This document shows positions 26,238-33,088 of a stretch of DNA of 40,516 nt, in pieces (position 1 is the first letter of the stretch; every line of letters begins with the position of its first letter). Origin of the DNA: Minisyncoccota bacterium (GTDB taxonomy: Bacteria; Patescibacteriota; Minisyncoccia; Phycocordibacterales; SBAW01); the NCBI GenBank assembly GCA_035546615.1, contig DASZWM010000001.1:1-40516 (forward strand). Reading direction: 5' to 3'. The translations under genes were made by a program, and so were the position numbers. Below the pieces are notes generated by a model. That model saw only the letters and a list, made by a program, of their open reading frames with translations. It did not search any database and was not told the origin of the DNA.

Positions 26238-26301
26238 ATAACAGGTTCGCTCGCTCGGAATAAGAAAGTAAACTTTCTATTCCTCGCTCGCTGCCTGTTA
26301 T
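26238..26301. promoter_or_regulatory. Composite operator-like element: 9-bp inverted repeat TATAACAGG/CCTGTTATA enclosing two TCGCTCGCT direct repeats and a central AGAAAGT..ACTTTCT palindrome
   Basis: Seen directly, 10 bp upstream of the PilB-like ATG. Confidence 0.35.
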
Positions 26302-26311
26302 ACTAGAAGCA

Positions 26312-27976
26312 ATGCACGTCGATAGTGGGGCACTGCGGGATTTTTTGATTTCAAACGGGCTTGTTACCCGCGCGCAATTGGCTGATGTTCTTTCCGCAGG
26401 ACAGGGAGAGGCCCTGTACGACACGCTTGCCGCGCGGGGCGTGGTCTCGCAGGACGAATTGCGCCGCGCGGCGGCGCATGTTGCAGGCGTTTCTTTCGTA
26501 TCGCTCTCGCCGCACGACATAGCCCTGGAGACCTTGAGCCTCATTCCCGAGCCGCTATCGCGCGTTCACAATGTCGTGGCTTTCAGGCAGGAGGGAAATG
26601 TCGTCGAGGTGGCGATGCTCGATCTCGGTTCGCTTGAGCATCTCGCTTTCCTGCGCGACCAGAAAGGCTTTACGGTTCTGCCGCGCCTCACTACTTCGGA
26701 TTCGATAAAACAAACGCTTCGGGCGTACCAGCAGCGCTTAAAGGAGAATTTCAAGGCGCTCCTCCAGAACAGCGCCCATGCGGTCGATGCGCTTATCCGC
26801 CACGCGCTTCTTTCAAACGCCGGGAGCGTTCATCTTGATCTGCATCAGACGGGATTACTCGTGCGCTACCGCATACAGGGCATGCTCCACGAAGCGATGC
26901 TTTTGCCGAAGGAAGCCGCGCATATCTTCGAGCGCATCAAGGAGGCGGCGAATCTCTCGCTTACGCTCCACGTGCCGCAGGAAGGAAGTTTCAAGACGGA
27001 GCTCAGCGGCGGGGAATCGGTCAGCGTGCGGGTCGCTGTGTCGCCGACTCTTTCCGGCGACCGAATGACGCTGCACTTGGCGCCCGAGCGCTCCCGCCGG
27101 CAGGGCTTTGCCCTTGAGTCGCTCGGCCTGCACGGCCGCGCGCTTGAGGATGCGCACGCGCTGCTCCGGACGCGCGACGGGCTTATAATCGTTGCCGGTC
27201 CTCTTAACGCAGGCAAGACAACGACCCTCTATACGCTGCTCGATATCCTGAGCGAGCGCGGCGTATCCGTTGCCACGGTGGAAGAGAATATAGAGTACGC
27301 GCTGCCGCATGTTGCCCAGACGCAAGTGCGCTCCGAACTCGGGCTCACTTCGGCCGCCGCTTTGCGCGCGGTCCTTCGGCAGGATCCGGATATCGTGATG
27401 CTGGGCGACGTTGCCGACGAGCAGACTGCCGCTTTAGCTGCGCAGGCGGCTTCGCGCGGGGTGCTGGTCTTGATGGGTATTGAAGCGTCCTCGGCTGCCG
27501 CGGCGGTAGGGAAGCTGCGCGACTGGAGGATCCCGTCCTCGCTCGTCGCTTCTGTACTTAAGGGCGCCATAGGCGTGCAGGTCGTGCAGAAACTTTGCAC
27601 GAAAGAACGCGAAGAGTACCGGCTCGCGCGGATCGAGAGCGCGCCGCTCGAGCCCAAGGCGAACTTCGGCCGCGTGCTTGCGGCGCTCAAGGAAGAGGGG
27701 ATAGTGGGGAAGGATATGCAGTGGAAGGAGCTTCTTTTCGCGCGCGCTTCCTCCTGCGAGGAGTGCGCCGGAGGATATCAGGGCAAGATCGGGCTCCAGG
27801 AAGTGCTTCCAGTCACTGCTCCTATAAAGGATGCATTAAAGGAAGGCGCGGGAGCAGAAAGAGTAGAGGAAATAGCGCGAGAGGACGGCATGCTCACCAT
27901 AGCCGAAGACGGATTATTTAAAGCCGCGCAAGGCACTACGAGCGTCGAGGAAGTAGTGCGGGTAGTTCAAGCGTAG
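26312..27976 (+). CDS. Type II secretion / type IV pilus assembly ATPase (GspE/PilB family) with a T2SSE_N-like N-domain; catalytic motifs appear degenerate
   Basis: Walker A GPLNAGKTTTLY; RQDPDIVMLGDVAD in the Walker B region; C-terminal CEECAGGYQGKIGLQEV finger; His-box position reads LMGIEAS. Confidence 0.8.
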   Translation: MHVDSGALRDFLISNGLVTRAQLADVLSAGQGEALYDTLAARGVVSQDELRRAAAHVAGVSFVSLSPHDIALETLSLIPEPLSRVHNVVAFRQEGNVVEVAMLDLGSLEHLAFLRDQKGFTVLPRLTTSDSIKQTLRAYQQRLKENFKALLQNSAHAVDALIRHALLSNAGSVHLDLHQTGLLVRYRIQGMLHEAMLLPKEAAHIFERIKEAANLSLTLHVPQEGSFKTELSGGESVSVRVAVSPTLSGDRMTLHLAPERSRRQGFALESLGLHGRALEDAHALLRTRDGLIIVAGPLNAGKTTTLYTLLDILSERGVSVATVEENIEYALPHVAQTQVRSELGLTSAAALRAVLRQDPDIVMLGDVADEQTAALAAQAASRGVLVLMGIEASSAAAAVGKLRDWRIPSSLVASVLKGAIGVQVVQKLCTKEREEYRLARIESAPLEPKANFGRVLAALKEEGIVGKDMQWKELLFARASSCEECAGGYQGKIGLQEVLPVTAPIKDALKEGAGAERVEEIAREDGMLTIAEDGLFKAAQGTTSVEEVVRVVQA

Positions 27977-27982
27977 CTGTTA

Positions 27983-28011
27983 TTGACTATTTATAGTTTT
28001 AGTATTATATT
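27983..28011 (+). promoter_or_regulatory. Sigma70-like promoter candidate (TTGACT-N17-TATATT) upstream of tpiA
   Basis: Seen directly in the AT-rich 200-bp intergenic region. Confidence 0.3.
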
Positions 28012-28176
28012 TTATTTGAGGAGGGGGATTGTATGTGCGTACCCCTCCGCTTTCGCCCGCGTCTATAGTTGGACAGCGGGCATTCTTATTGGAAAATAAC
28101 GAAGTCAGCTGAGTATATTTTCCTGTATCCCGAGGAGCGCGAGGGGCGTATCCAATACAATGGTATATTTTCAGAG

Positions 28177-28935
28177 ATGGCTAAAAAGCGCCTTGTCGCC
28201 GGAAACTGGAAAATGTATATGGCCGATGCCGCCGAGGCCCGCAAGTTCGCGGTGGGTCTCCGCCGCCGCACCCGCGGCTTCTCGGGGGTAGAGGTATTCC
28301 TTGCCCCGCCCCTTCCTTTTATAGCCGATATCGCGAAAGCGCTTGAAAGCTCGCCAATTGAGGTGGGCGCTCAGATTATATCCGCGCATGAGGACGCGCC
28401 GCATACCGGCGAAGTATCGGGCCGTATGCTCAAGGGTGCGGGCGCTTCTTTCGTCATCGTCGGCCATTCGGAGCGCCGCGCTTCCGGCGAGACGAACGAC
28501 GTGGTGCGCGCAAGCCTCGAGCGCGCGGTGGAGGCGGGCCTTACGCCGGTCCTGTGCGTCGGGGAGCGCGAGCGCGAGGCCGACGGCGAACACTTTGCTT
28601 TTATCGAAGCCCAGCTTTCGTCCGCTTTGAACAATTTTCCGAAGAACCTCCTCAAAAAGCTTGTCGTGGCCTACGAGCCGGTGTGGGCGATAGGGAAGTC
28701 GTCCGTCGGCGCGATGAAGGCGCCCGAGCTTGAGGAAATGGTCATATTCGTGCGCAAGACGCTTACGGATCTGCTTGACCGCAAGGCCGCGCTCAATATC
28801 CGCGTGCTGTACGGGGGTTCGGTCGAGCCCGGCAACGCGTCGGAGCTTCTCGCGGCCGGCGTCAACGGGTTCTTGGTGGGCCATGCGAGCGCGGATCTGA
28901 ATTCGTTCGTGCAGATCATACAGGCATGCAAGTAA
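28177..28935 (+). CDS. tpiA: Triosephosphate isomerase (start at MAKKRLVAGNWKMY)
   Basis: AGNWKM, VIVGHSERR and YGGS TIM signatures. Confidence 0.9.
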   Translation: MAKKRLVAGNWKMYMADAAEARKFAVGLRRRTRGFSGVEVFLAPPLPFIADIAKALESSPIEVGAQIISAHEDAPHTGEVSGRMLKGAGASFVIVGHSERRASGETNDVVRASLERAVEAGLTPVLCVGEREREADGEHFAFIEAQLSSALNNFPKNLLKKLVVAYEPVWAIGKSSVGAMKAPELEEMVIFVRKTLTDLLDRKAALNIRVLYGGSVEPGNASELLAAGVNGFLVGHASADLNSFVQIIQACK

Positions 28936-29894
28936 CTTCAATACGAGACGCGGATGTTTCCGGCAAACGCGTACTGGTGCGCGTTGATTTCAATGTGCCG
29001 ATGAAAGACGGACAGGTCGTAGACGACGCTCGTATCAAGGCGGCGCTGCCCACTATTGGTTTTTTGCACGAGCGCGGCGCCGCGCAGATAATCCTGCTCG
29101 CGCATCTTGGCCGGCCGGATGGGAAAGTGGTGGAAGACCTGCGTCTGGCGCCGATTGAGGCGCGCGCGAGGGCGCTCATAAACGCGCCGTTTGAGATGCA
29201 TGAGAACCTGCGCTTTGATGCCCGTGAGGAGGCCAATGACGAAGGGTTCGCGAAGGAGCTTGCCGGCCTCGGCGACATATTCGTGAACGAGGCGTTCGCC
29301 GATTCCCACCGCGCGCACGCTTCCATTGTCGGGATTCCGAAGTTCCTGCCCAGCTATGCCGGGCTCAGGTTCGAGGAGGAAGTGACAAAGCTTTCCGCCG
29401 CGCTTACGCCGCCACCGGGCGCCGTCGCCATTATCGGCGGGGCAAAAATAGAGACGAAGGCGCCGCTTATCGAGAAATTCGCCGCCACCTACAGCCTCAT
29501 ATTGGTGGGAGGCGCCATCGCTAACGAGTACACCGCAAAGACCAATAACGTGATGTTGCCGCAGGACGGCGTCAGCGACGCAACACATGTGGCCGATATC
29601 GGCCCCGAGACCGCCCGCGCGTGGACCGAAATCATCGCGCAGGCGCCGTTTGTCGTATGGAACGGCACTATGGGTATGTACGAGCAGTCCGCGTTCATCG
29701 GAGGCACGGACGCCATAGCCAAGGCTATTATCGGCAGCCGCGCCGTCGCCATCATCGGGGGCGGCGACACCGCGGCGGCGGTCGCGAAGTTCGCATTCGA
29801 TCCCGCGCGCATTTTCATCTCAACCGGCGGGGGAGCGATGCTCGAATTTTTGATACAAGGCACATTGCCCGGCATTGAGGCGCTCAAGCGGTAG
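28926..29894 (+). CDS. pgk: Phosphoglycerate kinase (short form, 322 aa)
   Basis: VRVDFNVP, HLGRP, GGGD/GGGA motifs; overlaps the tpiA stop by 10 nt. Confidence 0.85.
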   Translation: MQVTSIRDADVSGKRVLVRVDFNVPMKDGQVVDDARIKAALPTIGFLHERGAAQIILLAHLGRPDGKVVEDLRLAPIEARARALINAPFEMHENLRFDAREEANDEGFAKELAGLGDIFVNEAFADSHRAHASIVGIPKFLPSYAGLRFEEEVTKLSAALTPPPGAVAIIGGAKIETKAPLIEKFAATYSLILVGGAIANEYTAKTNNVMLPQDGVSDATHVADIGPETARAWTEIIAQAPFVVWNGTMGMYEQSAFIGGTDAIAKAIIGSRAVAIIGGGDTAAAVAKFAFDPARIFISTGGGAMLEFLIQGTLPGIEALKR

Positions 29895-29985
29895 AAGATT
29901 TCGTTGTCCACAGGTTGTGGCATCCGCGATTCTGTTTATAGTGTGAAAGGGAACGTGGGGCATTGAAACGACAAGGCTTTTAGTG

Positions 29986-30162
29986 ATGCGGGACTCCGTT
30001 CAGCAGCAAGAAGAACCGACTTCAATTTTCAACAAGCGTACTTTGTTCGTCGCCGCGTTCATCGCGGCGCTATTCTCGCTTTTCCTGCTTCCGCGGGAGA
30101 CGCTGAAGGGGTGGGTAACCCCATCCGCAGATCATTCTATGACAGCGAAGGCGCTGCCATAG
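29986..30162 (+). CDS. Possible small membrane protein, 58 aa (MRDSVQQQEEPTSIFNKRTLFVAAFIAALFSLFLLP...)
   Basis: Unlisted short ORF with one TM helix, immediately followed by a strong terminator. Confidence 0.3.
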   Translation: MRDSVQQQEEPTSIFNKRTLFVAAFIAALFSLFLLPRETLKGWVTPSADHSMTAKALP

Positions 30163-30171
30163 CCAGACGAA

Positions 30172-30198
30172 GGCCCGCCGGATGGCGGGCCTTTTTGC
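30172..30198 (+). terminator. Rho-independent terminator (GGCCCGCC-GGAT-GGCGGGCC + TTTTT)
   Basis: Perfect 8-bp GC stem plus T5. Confidence 0.7.
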
Positions 30199-30225
30199 TG
30201 TAAGGCGCGTTATACTATAAGGAGT

Positions 30226-30576
30226 ATGCCGCCGGAATCGCAACCGCAACCGCAGCAGCCCCGCATTCTTTTTCCGAAAGCGCATCTTTTTGTCGCGCTT
30301 GCGGCCGGCGCCTTGTGCGTCGCGGGCGGCACGGCGGCCCTTTTCTTTTCCCGCTCGCCGGACGTTTCTCCTGCGGCGCAGGCTCCAGAGCCTCCGGCAT
30401 ACGACAGCCGCTCTCTTACCGCCGAGGAAAAATTGAAACTCATCTCGGAGCATCCCGCCCCTCCGGGCCTTTCCGCCGAGGAGAAGGAAGCCGCGTACGA
30501 ACACAGCGGTGCAACAGCTCCGGAAGGCCTTACGTCGCAGGAAAAGCAGCGCATGGCCGAAGAAGCGCAGAACTGA
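30226..30576 (+). CDS. Small membrane-anchored protein with three (L)(T/S)AEEK-type repeats
   Basis: AAGGAG SD; TM helix LFVALAAGALCVAGGTAALFF; repeats LTAEEKLKLI / LSAEEKEAAY / LTSQEKQRMA. Confidence 0.55.
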   Translation: MPPESQPQPQQPRILFPKAHLFVALAAGALCVAGGTAALFFSRSPDVSPAAQAPEPPAYDSRSLTAEEKLKLISEHPAPPGLSAEEKEAAYEHSGATAPEGLTSQEKQRMAEEAQN

Positions 30577-30582
30577 TCACGC

Positions 30583-31533
30583 ATGAAACCTGCTACGACT
30601 TTAAAACGGCATATGCGAACTGCGCTTGCATGGATGGTCGCGCTCGCGGCTGGCATAGCGGTGCTCGCGACGCTTTCTCGTGTCATGCCGGCGCCCCCCC
30701 TTTACGCGCAGGTGCCCGCCGCCAACGGAGGCGTCCTTGCGCACGCCGCATGGAGCTCGAATATTGGCTGGGTAGAGTTTTCGGGAACAGGCTGGGGCGT
30801 GTATCTTTCGCCAAGCGACGGCACTTCGCTCCTCGGCTACGCCTGGAGCTCGAACGTGGGATGGATACAGTTCGGCGCGACATCGTGCGGCGCGGCGCCA
30901 AGCATAAGCGGCACCAAGCCCACCGTATCGCTCACGGGCTGGGCCAAGGCGCTCGCCACGGGCGGCGGCTGGAATGGCTGCATCAAACTTTCTAATACCG
31001 GCTCGCCGTCATATGGCGTCGCCGTCTCCTCGTATTCGCAGGCCAGTCAAGGGGGCTTGCTTCAAGGCTACGCGTGGGGGAGCGATGTGGTCGGCTGGCT
31101 TCGGTTCGATCCGGCGCCCGGCGGCGTGTATCTCAAGTTTACCTCCTGCAACAACGGCCTCGACGATGACCATGACGGCCTCGCCGACGCGGCCGACTCC
31201 GACTGCCCCGACCTGACTTCAAACGGCGAAGTAGTGACGAATCCGGCCGCGACGGTCGATATCAAGGCTAACGGTAAGGACACGCTGTCGGTGCGTCAGG
31301 ACTCGAGCGTGAGCGTCACCTGGAGCACGAGCCTCGTCGGAGGCTGCACGCTGACCGACCCTTCCGGAACCAGCGCTGTTTCCGATCAGAATACCGTGGG
31401 CTCGGCCTATACTGTCTCGGCCGCGAGCGGCTTCACTCTCGCCTGCCGCGAGCTCGTGGGCGGCCTGCCTACGGGCCCCGCGCATAGCGATAGGGTCGTG
31501 GTGCACCTGCTTCCTATGTACCGCGAGATTTAG
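30583..31533 (+). CDS. Secreted/anchored protein with three WSSN(I/V)GW(I/V)xF tandem repeats, a thrombospondin-type-3-like Ca-binding motif and a C-terminal beta-rich domain
   Basis: N-terminal hydrophobic segment; repeats AWSSNIGWVEF, GYAWSSNVGWIQF, GYAWGSDVVGWLRF; DDDHDGLADAADSDCPD matches DxDxDGxxDxxDxCP. Confidence 0.65.
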   Translation: MKPATTLKRHMRTALAWMVALAAGIAVLATLSRVMPAPPLYAQVPAANGGVLAHAAWSSNIGWVEFSGTGWGVYLSPSDGTSLLGYAWSSNVGWIQFGATSCGAAPSISGTKPTVSLTGWAKALATGGGWNGCIKLSNTGSPSYGVAVSSYSQASQGGLLQGYAWGSDVVGWLRFDPAPGGVYLKFTSCNNGLDDDHDGLADAADSDCPDLTSNGEVVTNPAATVDIKANGKDTLSVRQDSSVSVTWSTSLVGGCTLTDPSGTSAVSDQNTVGSAYTVSAASGFTLACRELVGGLPTGPAHSDRVVVHLLPMYREI

Positions 31534-31548
31534 TGATAAAATAAACTC

Positions 31549-32697
31549 ATGTTCAAAAAGACGCGCGAAGAATTCCTCCGGTTTTCAAAAGCTTTCCTGC
31601 TAGCCGCTTTAGTTCTTCTGGGAAGCGCGGCGCTCGCCGATTGGACCGCGCCCGTTGCCGCGCCACCCACCTGCGCTTCCGGCAACCAGGGCTGCGACGC
31701 GCCCATCAACGTAAGCGCAACAGCACAAACCAAAACGGGCAATCTCACCATCGGCTCAGGCGGCACGAACGTGCTCATTTCCGCCACCGGTTATATCTGG
31801 CCTACTATCCTGAATGTCGGCAGCACCTATCCAACCACGCCCCCTCCCAACAGCATTTGCCTATCGGGTTCGTGCATTACCGCCTGGAGCCAAGCCGGCG
31901 GAGGCGGGACTGACTATCAGGCCTTCACTACTGCGGGTGCTGGGTCATGCCCCGGCACTGGCACTAATTGCTGGACGAAGCCAAGCGGCACCACCGCGTC
32001 ATCACGTACGCTCATAGAGTGCTGGGGAGCGGGCGGCGGAGGCAGCGCTAATGGCGGGGGTGGGGGCGGCGCATATCGCGGGCGCTGGGTCCTGACCTCA
32101 TCTCTCGGCGCGACCGAACCGGTTACTATCCCTGGCACAAGCAACACAGCAACCGCAGGAGCGGCAGCTTCTTTCGGAACCTGGGCAACAGCACCGGGGG
32201 GTGGGGCAAGCAACACGACAAGCGGCGGAGGCGGAGGCGGAGGTGGCGGGTATGATGCGGCAGGCGGCAATGCCGGCGTCGGCGGCGGGGGCTATGCCGC
32301 CAGCGGCGGTAACGGCGGCAATGCCGCGTATAGTTACGGCCTTGCAGGCCTGTGCAGCCTTTCTTCCAACGTGGCACTGCGTACCGGTACTGACGCTACC
32401 AGCGGAGGCGGAGGCGGAGGCGCGGCAGGCTGCGAGGGCGCAGACAAAGGAGGCGACTCCATTACCGGCGGCGGGGGTGGCGGCGGCAACCATGGAGACG
32501 GTAACCCGAAGAACGGCGGCAACTCAATATGGGGCGGCGGAGGAGGCTCAGCCGGGTCTTCAGGAGGAAGCGGAGGGCGCAGTATGTACGGCGGCGCGGG
32601 CGGCGCGACCGGTGTTGCGGGTACCGCGCCGGGCGGCGGCGGCGGGCGCAACGCCCAAGGAGCCCGCGGCGAATGCAGGGTTACGACGTTTAAGTAG
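31549..32697 (+). CDS. Secreted glycine-rich protein (Gly_rich / polyglycine-II-like), with an N-terminal Cys-containing domain
   Basis: Sec signal peptide ...AALA; IECWGAGGGGS, GGGGGGGGGYDAAGGNAGVGGGGY and further Gly runs; antisense frames are Pro-rich artefacts. Confidence 0.65.
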   Translation: MFKKTREEFLRFSKAFLLAALVLLGSAALADWTAPVAAPPTCASGNQGCDAPINVSATAQTKTGNLTIGSGGTNVLISATGYIWPTILNVGSTYPTTPPPNSICLSGSCITAWSQAGGGGTDYQAFTTAGAGSCPGTGTNCWTKPSGTTASSRTLIECWGAGGGGSANGGGGGGAYRGRWVLTSSLGATEPVTIPGTSNTATAGAAASFGTWATAPGGGASNTTSGGGGGGGGGYDAAGGNAGVGGGGYAASGGNGGNAAYSYGLAGLCSLSSNVALRTGTDATSGGGGGGAAGCEGADKGGDSITGGGGGGGNHGDGNPKNGGNSIWGGGGGSAGSSGGSGGRSMYGGAGGATGVAGTAPGGGGGRNAQGARGECRVTTFK

Positions 32698-32705
32698 ATT
32701 ATTTT

Positions 32706-33065
32706 TTAGAGCGCCGCGCGGATCTTCCGCGCGTTCCCTTCAAGGTCCGTTTTTTCGCCCTTCGCGTTGTTATTGGGAAATACCCAGATATGCGCGTGCT
32801 CCACTTCGTCGCCCACTGTTTTTGAAAGTATCCAGTCGGTGTCGAACGCCTGTTGCTGGGCTTTGGCTATTTTTTTCGCTACCTCAAAATATGCTCCGGC
32901 ATTCGGCACGTCCCAGACCCAGCGGTAGTGCTCTTTCGGAATTACCTGGGCATGTCCCGGCGATTGCGGGTGTATGTCGAGGAAGGCGAGGAAATGCTCG
33001 TCCTCATACACCTTCTGCGCGGGAATCTCTCCGGCTACTATTTTGCAGAAAATACAGTCAGGCAT
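32706..33065 (-). CDS. HIT-family (histidine triad) nucleotide hydrolase
   Basis: HAHIWVFP histidine-triad motif and an N-terminal CxxC. Confidence 0.85.
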   Translation of the reverse strand: MPDCIFCKIVAGEIPAQKVYEDEHFLAFLDIHPQSPGHAQVIPKEHYRWVWDVPNAGAYFEVAKKIAKAQQQAFDTDWILSKTVGDEVEHAHIWVFPNNNAKGEKTDLEGNARKIRAAL

Positions 33066-33088
33066 GCCTCTATAGTATACTTCTTCCG

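Noticed and set aside
25460-26263. 267-aa plus-strand ORF and the 232-aa minus-strand ORF overlapping the EEP nuclease gene
   Set aside because: Alternative frames of a clearly recognisable EEP-family CDS; Arg/Pro-rich spurious frames
31917-32651. Minus-strand Pro-rich ORFs (31917..32270, 32334..32651, 32098..32493)
   Set aside because: They are the reverse complement of the GGN-rich Gly codons of the plus-strand glycine-rich gene; composition artefact, not genes
32201-33088. N-terminal 296 codons of the 855-aa ORF 32201..34768
   Set aside because: This extension runs antisense or out of frame through the Gly-rich gene and the HIT gene; recJ homology begins at MKSYRLRE (33089)
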